The notes under the pieces were generated by a model. That model saw only the letters and a list, made by a program, of their open reading frames with translations. It was not told the DNA's origin and searched no databases. From Candidatus Scalindua sp. (lineage in GTDB: Bacteria; Planctomycetota; Brocadiia; Brocadiales; Scalinduaceae), in contig JALDRA010000001.1 of the NCBI GenBank assembly GCA_031316235.1, positions 1,920,001-1,952,000 on the forward strand: a DNA stretch of 32,000 nt, written 5' to 3'. A program made the translations under genes and the position numbers. The stretch's first letter is position 1. Every line of letters begins with the position of its first letter. This document shows positions 1 to 8,012 of the stretch, one piece after another.

Positions 1-1
1 A

Positions 2-583
2 AATACCATTCTAAAGAAAATTATTGATCGATTGGAAGCAGATTCCAAGGTAGCCGAAATCCTCGTCACAGAAGCTAGGGAAGACAAAGAAACGGGTAAA
101 AAAAAGACAACCATAAAATTCTTAGAATATGATGTTCATGGAAAACCGTTAGAACCGAAATATTTTGAATTTTCAAGTAATATCATTCAATTTCAATCAC
201 TGGTCATCCGTTTTGAAGATATGTATGTTCGCCAGCATGATCAATTCAGGGGGAAAAGCGCTTTTATTTTCTGGAAAGCATTTTATTTAAATGGGAAAAA
301 CACCGAAGAGTATGAAATAAACAAAATGTACGAGATTCCTTCAGGATATAAGCTATCGGACAAAGAATTACGGATGGAGAAATCATTATGGAAGAAATTT
401 TGGCAATATGCTCTCGATCAAAAAGCTGCGAAAGAGCAAGGCATTAAAAATGTTCAGATTGAAGCACCTGGTTCACTGTTTCTACCAGGTTATTTATACA
501 CATTAAAAATTGAACATGACGGAGGTTTGCGCATCGATTCGAGGCCTTTTTCTCATATTATCCGTGGAGAACATATACCTTAG
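2..583 (+). CDS. hypothetical protein, 5'-truncated by the window edge
   Basis: Frame 2 is open from nt 2 through the TTG at 32 to the TAG at 581-583, so the gene probably starts upstream of the window. I recognise no motif in the 183+ aa. Confidence 0.55.
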   Translation, partial: NTILKKIIDRLEADSKVAEILVTEAREDKETGKKKTTIKFLEYDVHGKPLEPKYFEFSSNIIQFQSLVIRFEDMYVRQHDQFRGKSAFIFWKAFYLNGKNTEEYEINKMYEIPSGYKLSDKELRMEKSLWKKFWQYALDQKAAKEQGIKNVQIEAPGSLFLPGYLYTLKIEHDGGLRIDSRPFSHIIRGEHIP

Positions 584-971
584 GCATGCTAAAGATCCAT
601 TTGTAATAACAGAGCCAATGAAATCGTAATAACTCCCTCAATTACTATCTTTCATTCATCTAAAGAAAACTTGAATTGTGAATCAGACTATGTTTTAATG
701 GACTGAAATCAAAATGAGTTGAGGCAACATGGCGAGAGGTGTATGAAAAAAGTCTTGCCGTATCATAAAACTGCTCTGAAAGAGAATATTTCACATTTTA
801 TCGTAATGAGTTCTTGAACTAAAACACACTGGTTGAACCAAAGCTGCACAGATACAAGGTCAAATCATTTCTGAGCCGGATTGTATCAATGTGCTTGAGG
901 ATGAAGAAATTTTTACCGCACCGCAACAGATGGTGAGTTTCCGTTCAGCCGCTAATTTAGGAGAATAAATC

Positions 972-1571
972 ATGCTTAAGGCATTGTTGAAAAAAATGGT
1001 AGTACCCGTTGGCCTTCTATCTCTCTTTCTGCTTGGAAGTGTTTATATGCAATCTGCATATGCCGGCACCCCGACATTGGTACAGATGAAGACTTCAAAA
1101 GGAGATATGACGATTGAGCTGTTTGATGAAAAAGCCCCTGTAACGGTAAAGAATTTTTTATCATATGTGACTGAAGGCTTTTTCGACAATCTTATATTCC
1201 ATAGAGTGATATCAGGCTTCATGATTCAGGGTGGAGGTCTTGATTCCGAGATGAGGCAGAAGGAGACCAGGTCACCGATCAAGAACGAGGCGGCAAAAGA
1301 TTTAAAAAACAGAAAATACACCATAGCAATGGCGAGAACCGGTATTATTGATAGCGCAACCTCCCAGTTCTTTATCAACCTCGTAGACAATGAGAATCTC
1401 GATCATAAAAATACTACCCGTGGCGGTTTTGGATACGCTGTGTTCGGGAAGGTTATAGAAGGCCTGGATGTTGTAGACGCTATAGGCAGGGTTAAGACTG
1501 GTGTTAAAAATGGATTCAGTGATGTACCAGTAGAACCTGTCTTTATTAAGAAGATGACTGTTTTAGATTAA
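972..1571 (+). CDS. ppiA: peptidyl-prolyl cis-trans isomerase, cyclophilin type, secreted/periplasmic
   Basis: Cyclophilin signature FHRVISGFMIQGGG. N-terminal signal peptide ending ..SAYA/GTP. AGGAG Shine-Dalgarno 8 nt upstream of the ATG. Confidence 0.9.
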   Translation: MLKALLKKMVVPVGLLSLFLLGSVYMQSAYAGTPTLVQMKTSKGDMTIELFDEKAPVTVKNFLSYVTEGFFDNLIFHRVISGFMIQGGGLDSEMRQKETRSPIKNEAAKDLKNRKYTIAMARTGIIDSATSQFFINLVDNENLDHKNTTRGGFGYAVFGKVIEGLDVVDAIGRVKTGVKNGFSDVPVEPVFIKKMTVLD

Positions 1572-1663
1572 GTGTGAAATGAGACGGCAAGGAACCTGAC
1601 AAGTTTTTCTTAAGAAAATTCCTATACAATTACATGATGATTACGATAAGGGAGAGAAGCTGA

Positions 1664-2296
1664 ATGAACAAAAAAAGTCTAGAGAAGACAATATTTACAA
1701 TATCACTATTTTTTGGTATTTTTGCCGGTATTACTACTACTTTTGCGGATTCTCTAAGAGTTGACGTTGGAGCTACTCAGGTCCCTGGCTTTAAAAGATA
1801 CTGTTTTCAGGTAATTAATGATGATGAAAATGAGTCCAACCCCAAACATCATATTGAACCTATTGCTTCACTTACTATAAAATACATCGCCAAGGAAGCA
1901 ACTGCCGCTGACCATAGATTCAGAGGAAATATTACCGGTCCTGATCTCTGGAATCCCAATGTTACCATCCTCAGCAAGGAACAGGAAATTACCTGGACAT
2001 TCGATGGGTTTTTTGGGGCAAAAACAACACAGTACACCGTTGATAAACCCGACAAAACAATAAAACCCGGAGATAGATCCGACATTTTCAGTTTTGTTGT
2101 GAACGGAGAAATATTAGTTACGGAATTTTCAACAGGTTTTCAGGAATCACCAGGCTCATACAGAACCATCAGCAAATTACTCAAGCCCTTTGGTGATGAA
2201 TTCTTAACAAATGACAATGATACAGATTTTCTGAGAGACAAGGACGGTGATGGCGTTGTGGATAAATTTGATGATGATATAGATCGTACGAAATAA
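1664..2296 (+). CDS. secreted hypothetical protein with Asp-rich, thrombospondin-type-3-like Ca-binding C-terminus
   Basis: Signal peptide (..GITTTFA/DS). C-terminal NDNDTDFLRDKDGDGVVDKFDDDID resembles DxDxDGxxDxxD calcium-binding repeats. GGGAGAG Shine-Dalgarno upstream. Confidence 0.6.
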   Translation: MNKKSLEKTIFTISLFFGIFAGITTTFADSLRVDVGATQVPGFKRYCFQVINDDENESNPKHHIEPIASLTIKYIAKEATAADHRFRGNITGPDLWNPNVTILSKEQEITWTFDGFFGAKTTQYTVDKPDKTIKPGDRSDIFSFVVNGEILVTEFSTGFQESPGSYRTISKLLKPFGDEFLTNDNDTDFLRDKDGDGVVDKFDDDIDRTK

Positions 2297-2492
2297 TTGG
2301 CGTGATATGTAGATCAATTATTCCTGGTGATTGAAACGAAAAGGGATGGTTTTAAGATCTGTTCTGTCTCGACCCTCCTGTTAAAAAAATCTCTTATACT
2401 CAATTGATATTTTTTATAACGATAAGGGTAGCGGGATTTCGTATCTCTTATTACTTTTTATAAAAACCCTATTTATTCAAAAAAGATCTGTC

Positions 2493-2515
2493 AGCCGATG
2501 AATAACCGATCGGCT
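2493..2515. terminator. hairpin between convergent genes (possible weak terminator)
   Basis: AGCCGAT (2493-2499) pairs with ATCGGCT (2509-2515), with a 9-nt loop. On the minus strand a T6 run follows, but only after a 9-nt gap. Confidence 0.25.
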
Positions 2516-2601
2516 ATCGTAAGAGGATTCCGTTTATTGAGGAAATTCAGGACTGTAAAAAAGGGAGAAGAGGCTCATAACGTGTTGAGTAACGGGACCT
2601 T

Positions 2602-3288
2602 TTAAGCATCTTTTACGCAACGAAAACCCACATTATTATCTTTACCCGACGGTACGCTACAACTTCTATAAGAACATTTCAGGGCATACATGTGATTTAT
2701 CCATGATCCACCCCGGACAACTCGATATTTCCCAACGGAATACCATTCCTGGCACCACTCCCACACATTACCCGACATATCATGGCATCCGTAAGGGCTC
2801 GCTCCAAGCGGATGTTTTCCCACGACAGAGGGAAAACCCCTGGAAGACTCCAGGTCAAATACAGCCAGTCCCTCATCGGGTTTCATGTTTCCCCAGGGAT
2901 ATTCCCTTCCATCAGTCCCGCGAGCCGCTTTTTCCCACTCTTTCTCTTCAGGCAGTCTCTTCCCTGCCCAATTTGCATAGGCCGTTGCGTCATCCCAGCT
3001 TACACCAACAACAGGTTGTTCGGGATTATTAAATTTTTCATCTTCCCAAAAAGCTGGCAAATCGTGCCCGGTTTCTTCTATAAATTTCCTGTATTGTTTA
3101 TTTGTTATAGGGTATTTATCTATATAAAACTCCCTAATTTCAATGGATTTTTTTTCATTCCACATAAAAAAAGGGCCGGCAGGAACATACGCCATCAACG
3201 CTCCATCTTTTTCGTGAATAATCTCATTTTTACTTATTATATTACCCATAGAGTGAATATATTCATACAAATCAATAATTTTCAACAA
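2602..3288 (-). CDS. formylglycine-generating-enzyme (SUMF1/FGE-sulfatase) family protein, probably non-catalytic
   Basis: Motifs YPITNKQYRKF, GVSWDDATAYANWAGKRLPEEKEWEKAARG, NVWEW, RVVRGGSW and GFRCV are typical of PF03781. No signal peptide. The CxxxxC cysteine pair after RGGSW, as I remember it from canonical FGE, is not present (SWINHMYALKC). Confidence 0.85.
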   Translation of the reverse strand: MLKIIDLYEYIHSMGNIISKNEIIHEKDGALMAYVPAGPFFMWNEKKSIEIREFYIDKYPITNKQYRKFIEETGHDLPAFWEDEKFNNPEQPVVGVSWDDATAYANWAGKRLPEEKEWEKAARGTDGREYPWGNMKPDEGLAVFDLESSRGFPSVVGKHPLGASPYGCHDMSGNVWEWCQEWYSVGKYRVVRGGSWINHMYALKCSYRSCSVPSGKDNNVGFRCVKDA

Positions 3289-3408
3289 CTTGATACTATT
3301 CTATAAATGCTACAAAATTGTAATTATAAAATTAGTTTGCTAAAAGTAAAGGTTAAACAAACATAATTTATCCATAATCAGAAATGGCAAGAAAACACTC
3401 AGCTTTTT

Positions 3409-3771
3409 TTAATGCATACCGCCAAAAAGATCTACTGAGAAAGAGAAAGATTCTCGTTTCTGAATCCCGATTTTAAAATGAACGACAACTGACTCCCCCG
3501 ATGATAATACCTCATCACCCACATCAGGTGTTAAAGTTGCTCCAGCACCAGCTGCACCTCCATCAGCATTGAGAAGCAGGTTCCCGCCTGAAAGTTCTGC
3601 TACCTGAAAAAATGGATTGAAAACAGGAATTGAAGTGCTATTCGTATTGGTAAAAATTACCTCAATTATGAAAGTACCTGCCTGCCCACCGGGTACTGGT
3701 GTGGGGACATAGCTGGTTACTGTTTTATCCCGTTCAACATGAACCAGTTCGTTTACAATGGGGGGGGGTAA
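3409..3771 (-). pseudogene. start-less out-of-frame continuation of the DUF1566 gene (C-terminal ~120 codons)
   Basis: Manual translation of the minus strand in the frame with codon first bases at 3771, 3768 ... gives an open 120-codon frame: LPPPIVNELVHVERDKTVTSYVPTPVPGGQAGTFIIEVIFTNTNSTSIPVFNPFFQVAELSGGNLLLNADGGAAGAGATLTPDVGDEVLSSGESVVVHFKIGIQKRESFSFSVDLFGGMH*. The stop is at 3411-3409. There is no usable start codon, and the frame opens inside the C9 tract of the upstream gene. Confidence 0.6.
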
Positions 3772-4927
3772 TTATGCCTCCACGCACAGGCCATACATAG
3801 TCTTTTCCCGATACTGAACCACTCTTGAATCCTCCCTGCACTCCTCCCTCAAACAAGAAGTATGTCCAGGCACTGTTGATTCTGGTATATATTGTTGTAG
3901 AGGTCCAGTAATAGTCAGGTCCCGGTGCAGGAGCCGGTAAAGAGTGAACCTCTGAAAAAGGGTGGTCTCCCGGCAGGGCAGGATTAAATTTCGAGAAGTC
4001 AGTGAGACTTTCGAACTCTTTACGATTTGGGAGACGCCAGTCATTATACCCGAGATAATGAATACTGTTAATACACGCAACATATTCAAGAGCTTCTTGC
4101 CATGTCCTGCTTCCGCCAACACACTCTTCTATACTCACCGTCCCGGCATTCTGCATCCACATAATACCAGTCAAATTATCCGTCACTGTTCCGTCTCCAT
4201 GGTTAATAAACCTGGGAATTGGCCACGGCTCTCCTTCTTGCCTCTCTCCATCGTCACCTGTCATATAGCTTATGGTCTGCCCGGTTGCCCACACTGATAC
4301 CGGGCCATCACTAGTTCCGCGTACGGCCCATGCACCGTACGTTGTCATTTGCTTGGAAAAGGGGTGCATGATACCGGAAGGCTGGATTGACCAAACCCTG
4401 GTTGGATTGTGAGCAACAGTTGTTGATGATATATAACCTTCTCTTACATTAACGAACCCGTTACTATGTAACCACTTGAGATCATCTGTCGTCAAAAGAC
4501 TAACCAGTTCATTCACGTTTGGCAGCCGCCAGTCATTGTACGTCGCCGAGTACTCAGAGCAACGATAATTATCCGGTAATTTATTGAGTACTTCAATCGC
4601 ATTAAAGGCATCTTCCCAATTACGCAGTCCTAAACAGCTTCCATCTTTAAGCCACATAAGCCCTGTCAGGTTATCCGTAACCGTACCATCCTCATGGTCC
4701 TTAAATCTCGGGTTTGGCCATGAAAGACCCGCCTGAATGTTACCATCATCCCCTGCGGCATGGGGGAATGTCTGTCCGGTCTTTGGAAGATCGACGGCAG
4801 CGGAATGGTGCATGTCGAAAAAAAATAACAGGGAGATTATCAATAGAGACAATCTCGAAAGAAATATACTGGGAATCCTCAGCTTTTTGTTGTTTACATT
4901 TCGTACATGATGCCTTGTGCAATACAT
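3734..4927 (-). CDS. secreted protein with two tandem DUF1566 (Lcl C-terminal, C-type-lectin-like) domains; reading frame interrupted at a poly-C tract
   Basis: Internal duplication: GTVTDNLTGLMWLKD...WEDAFNAIEVLN...YNDWRLPNVNELVSL and GTVTDNLTGIMWMQN...WQEALEYVACIN...YNDWRLPNRKEFESL. There is an N-terminal hydrophobic signal/anchor. The frame ends 8 codons after the C9 tract. Confidence 0.8.
   Translation of the reverse strand: MYCTRHHVRNVNNKKLRIPSIFLSRLSLLIISLLFFFDMHHSAAVDLPKTGQTFPHAAGDDGNIQAGLSWPNPRFKDHEDGTVTDNLTGLMWLKDGSCLGLRNWEDAFNAIEVLNKLPDNYRCSEYSATYNDWRLPNVNELVSLLTTDDLKWLHSNGFVNVREGYISSTTVAHNPTRVWSIQPSGIMHPFSKQMTTYGAWAVRGTSDGPVSVWATGQTISYMTGDDGERQEGEPWPIPRFINHGDGTVTDNLTGIMWMQNAGTVSIEECVGGSRTWQEALEYVACINSIHYLGYNDWRLPNRKEFESLTDFSKFNPALPGDHPFSEVHSLPAPAPGPDYYWTSTTIYTRINSAWTYFLFEGGVQGGFKSGSVSGKDYVWPVRGGIITPPHCKRTGSC
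3760..3768 (-). repeat. homopolymer tract, G9 on the plus strand = C9 in the coding strand
   Basis: Counted directly: g at 3760-3768. It lies exactly at the junction of the two reading frames of the DUF1566 gene. Confidence 0.95.
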
Positions 4928-4977
4928 AACTTATTCACTCCTAATGACTTACAAAGTAATTATGCTTCCTTGAAAAA

Positions 4978-5832
4978 TTAAATCCCCCACTTATATTTAA
5001 TATATTTTTTTGCCTGACGGTAACCTTGCTCAAAAAGATACTGTTTCTCATCTGTACTCAATGAAAAGTTGGTCGGCATTATATCACCACAATAAATGAG
5101 AATAGTATCGTTCCATTTTGTCCTCTTGACACGCTCTCTTTCAACTGCATGTAATTGTATCAAAAGCAATCCTTGAATGTATTTTTTAAGAGTAAAATGT
5201 TTTGGAGCAGCCTTCAGGACTGGCCGGTTAGAAATTATTCTAAATATAAGCGTTTTACCTTGCTTCTCAAACATATCCTCTACCACACCAGACATTAAAT
5301 TCCCATCAATAAATATATGCCGGTTACCATTATGGCTAAAATGTTTGTACGCATATACCCAGGGGATTCCAATTGAAAAACGAACAGCTCGTGAAACCTT
5401 CAGATCAGGAAAATTTGAACGAGAAAACACAAAAGGGCTATTATTCAAGACATCAGTAGCAATAACAAAAGGTGCAAGACGAAAGTTATCCCCGAAAGTC
5501 CTTCCTTCCAACTTTTCATCGATCCAATCCTCAAGAAACTTACCCTCATAGAGACCTTTTCCCCTCAAAAGACTCATAACACGGAAGTCCCTGAAAAGAG
5601 AAAAGTCAAACTCCATTGCAATCTTTTTAATCTCAAGAGGAGACTTTCCCATTGCGTAGAGGCTCCCGATAATACTTCCTCCGGATGCAGCCACTATTTT
5701 ATTTATCTTCAGCCCCTTTTCCTCCAGTGCTGAAAGCGCACCGACAAAGGCAAGACATCGTACACCACCACCAAGCAGCATGAGTGTTATAGGTTCGGCC
5801 ATGTTCTGAAATTGTTCTTTATCAATACTCAT
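4978..5832 (-). CDS. patatin-like phospholipase
   Basis: Oxyanion motif LGGGVRC, nucleophile elbow AASGGS (GxSxG variant) and catalytic Asp motif FIDGNL. 284 aa, no signal peptide. Confidence 0.85.
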   Translation of the reverse strand: MSIDKEQFQNMAEPITLMLLGGGVRCLAFVGALSALEEKGLKINKIVAASGGSIIGSLYAMGKSPLEIKKIAMEFDFSLFRDFRVMSLLRGKGLYEGKFLEDWIDEKLEGRTFGDNFRLAPFVIATDVLNNSPFVFSRSNFPDLKVSRAVRFSIGIPWVYAYKHFSHNGNRHIFIDGNLMSGVVEDMFEKQGKTLIFRIISNRPVLKAAPKHFTLKKYIQGLLLIQLHAVERERVKRTKWNDTILIYCGDIMPTNFSLSTDEKQYLFEQGYRQAKKYIKYKWGI

Positions 5833-5959
5833 CTTAAAATGATTTTCGGATAAAATCCGAATAAAAACGGGGCGATCATACCCTTAACCAGACTTTGGGT
5901 TTTAGAAAAATTTAAAACCAAATCGGTGTTAGCATATCAAAGCAGCTCCTGTTTAAAAA
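5830..5959 (-). repeat. promoter + structured-leader module, copy D (fused to the patatin ATG)
   Basis: Minus strand: -35 TTTTTA (5959-5954), extended -10 TGaTATGCT (5939-5931), hairpin 1 at 5924-5891, hairpin 2 TCGGA-TTTTA-TCCGA at 5860-5846, then TTAAG-ATG-AGT-AT (ATG = 5832-5830). It aligns along its length with the copies at 9133, 15770 and 29865. Confidence 0.7.
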
Positions 5960-6014
5960 ACTTACTTCAAATGCCCCGAAAAACTTCCAGAGAGATATTT
6001 CAGATCGAAAGCCT

Positions 6015-6830
6015 TTAATAAAACTCTTTTCTTTCAAAACAGAAAGTGGCCAGCCATAATACAATTATACAGTACAGAACACTATAAAGAGAGGCATAGA
6101 AGATATAGAGAGGTACATATTCGTTTGAAATACTGTTCATGGCAAAGATATTAAGACTCCAGAAGTTTGGAAATACCACATAGCAGATTTTTACTACAAA
6201 GTTGACAGCTACCGGAGCCTTTTCGATTAAAGTAAAAAGATAACTAATGATATGTGAAAGAATGAAAACAGCAAAGCAGGTAATCAGGTTTGCCGACACA
6301 TTCAGATAAACCGACAAGATTACCGATATTGAAGTCAGCATGAGAACCTGCAGCAGTGAAAAATATATCCCCTGTAAACAGTAAGAATCCAGCAGCTGTG
6401 AACTCCCCTCCATACCGAGAGAGGGCTCCAGGTTAGAAAAACCGACTACCTGATCCAGCTTTATCAAGACTTCTAAAAAGGTAGCCTGCAGAAAAATCAA
6501 TACAATTACGGCAGCAGCAATGCCAAAAAATTTCCCCAGGACAATTTGCACTCTTGTAACTGGTTTACAGAGTAATGCCAGAATTGTCTTCCTTTTGAAC
6601 TCATTTGTAATCAAAACAGAGGAGGAGAGTATGCCGGTCAATAGACCGCAAAGAGTTATTGTCGATATCGCCATATCCTTTACCATTCGCAGCTCCTCTC
6701 CGAATGCAAAAAAAGTAAACATAAAAGACATGAACAGGATAAAACAACCGGAAAAAAGCAATATATAATAAAATGGCTGCCTGACTACCTCCTTGAAACT
6801 GTTAAAAGCCAACGAGAAAAGCTTTTTCAT
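6015..6830 (-). CDS. ABC-2 type transporter permease (no adjacent ATPase)
   Basis: Multi-pass membrane protein. NEFKRKTILALLCKPVTRVQIVLGKFFG resembles the ExxxGTxExLLxxPxxRxxxxxGK motif of ABC-2 permeases. I prefer the ATG at 6830, which has a GGAG 7 nt upstream, over the TTG at 6866. Confidence 0.65.
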   Translation of the reverse strand: MKKLFSLAFNSFKEVVRQPFYYILLFSGCFILFMSFMFTFFAFGEELRMVKDMAISTITLCGLLTGILSSSVLITNEFKRKTILALLCKPVTRVQIVLGKFFGIAAAVIVLIFLQATFLEVLIKLDQVVGFSNLEPSLGMEGSSQLLDSYCLQGIYFSLLQVLMLTSISVILSVYLNVSANLITCFAVFILSHIISYLFTLIEKAPVAVNFVVKICYVVFPNFWSLNIFAMNSISNEYVPLYIFYASLYSVLYCIIVLWLATFCFERKEFY

Positions 6831-6847
6831 GCTCGATCTCCAATAAA

Positions 6848-6863
6848 TGTTCCACGTGAAACA
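6848..6863. promoter_or_regulatory. parS: parS centromere-like site
   Basis: TGTTCCACGTGAAACA matches the 16-bp consensus TGTTNCACGTGAAACA at every specified position. It lies 179 bp upstream of parB. Confidence 0.8.
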
Positions 6864-7041
6864 CAATTTGATAAAACAGACGAAAAACTCTCACACCAGA
6901 AAATAGACAATCCTTTCCAGAGAGCTACAGGCTGTAGGAAATATTTTCCTCCTACCCACAAGAAACTCCTTGAATAAGGAACGAGAATCTGTTACTTAAT
7001 ACCTGATTATTTATTTTTTTCAAGCATTTTTTATACGCATT

Positions 7042-7932
7042 ATGACGACAACAAAAAACAAGAAAAAACTGGGGCTTGGTCTTCAAACCTTACTTGGAGA
7101 GGCAATCGGTATCGAACCAACTGATGACATCTCAAAGTTAAACATAGATAAAATTGTAGCTAACGAAACTCAACCCCGAAAGTTTTTCTCCCAGGAGCAA
7201 ATTGAAACATTGGCAAGCTCGATACAGGAGCACGGCATACTGCAGCCCATTATAGTTCGCCCGACAGAGAAAGGGTATACAATTATTGCTGGAGAAAGAA
7301 GATGGAGGGCAGCGAAAAGGTTAGGATTAAGTGAAGTGCCGGTTGTCATCAAGAAAACCGACAACTTAAAGTCCCTTGAGCTCGCCCTGGTAGAGAATAT
7401 CCAGAGAGAAGATCTAAACCCCATGGAAAAAGCCCTGGCGTTTTTTGCATTAAAAAGTGAATTCGGACTAACACAGGTGCAAATTGCTGAGCAGGTAGGG
7501 CTCGATCGCTCATCAATAGCTAATACTCTCCGCCTCCTTGAGCTTCCCCAGGATATACAGGATTTTGTTTCACGTGGAACAATTTCAATGGGACACGCCC
7601 GGGCACTTTTGGCGCTGAAAGATACAGAGAAACAAAGGTCTATATGCGACAAGATTGTGCCTTTCAATCTATCGGTACGTGATGTGGAACTTATCGTTTC
7701 TGGTCGGAAAAAGTTGTCAGATTTTTCCCCAACTCCCGAAACACATCCCGAGAAATCACCTCCTCCCCAAAAGAAACATCCACAAATTATTGCTCTTGAA
7801 GACAAACTAAGAGAGTATCTTGGGACAAAAATCTCTATCAGGGAAAACAGGGGGAAGGGGAAAATAGTTATCGAGTTTTCAAATCACCTGCAATTCGAAG
7901 AACTTGTTTCCAAATTCAAGAGGCTGGCATGA
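7042..7932 (+). CDS. parB: chromosome partitioning protein ParB/Spo0J
   Basis: N-terminal KKLGLGLQTLLG, the ParB-box GERRWRAAKRLG, and the HTH region LTQVQIAEQVGLDRSSIANTLRLL. Confidence 0.92.
   Translation: MTTTKNKKKLGLGLQTLLGEAIGIEPTDDISKLNIDKIVANETQPRKFFSQEQIETLASSIQEHGILQPIIVRPTEKGYTIIAGERRWRAAKRLGLSEVPVVIKKTDNLKSLELALVENIQREDLNPMEKALAFFALKSEFGLTQVQIAEQVGLDRSSIANTLRLLELPQDIQDFVSRGTISMGHARALLALKDTEKQRSICDKIVPFNLSVRDVELIVSGRKKLSDFSPTPETHPEKSPPPQKKHPQIIALEDKLREYLGTKISIRENRGKGKIVIEFSNHLQFEELVSKFKRLA
7566..7581. promoter_or_regulatory. parS: parS site inside the parB coding sequence
   Basis: TGTTTCACGTGGAACA is the exact reverse complement of the 6848-6863 site. It encodes FVSRGT within parB. 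Confidence 0.8.
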
Positions 7933-8012
7933 GTTTGCTACAGTGGGAAATATCAGCAACGGTGCGTTTTTTGACTTTACCATTTTCACGATAAGACTCT
8001 CTCAAGGGTAAC

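Noticed and set aside
584-971. 388-bp spacer upstream of the cyclophilin gene, with short protein-like frames (for example ..QGQIISEPDCINVLEDEEIFTAPQQMVSFRSAANLGE*)
   Set aside because: The frames are interrupted by stops and lack starts, and I recognise no family. It may be a gene remnant but cannot be supported from the sequence alone.
2385-2450. Possible fifth, degenerate copy of the leader element (TATACTCAATTGAT... and GCGGGATTTCGTATCTCTTATT)
   Set aside because: Only an 11-mer (TATACTCAATT, after allowing a 4-nt gap) and a loose 14-mer resemble the family. Hairpins 1 and 2 and the spacing are not recoverable. This could be chance in AT-rich DNA.
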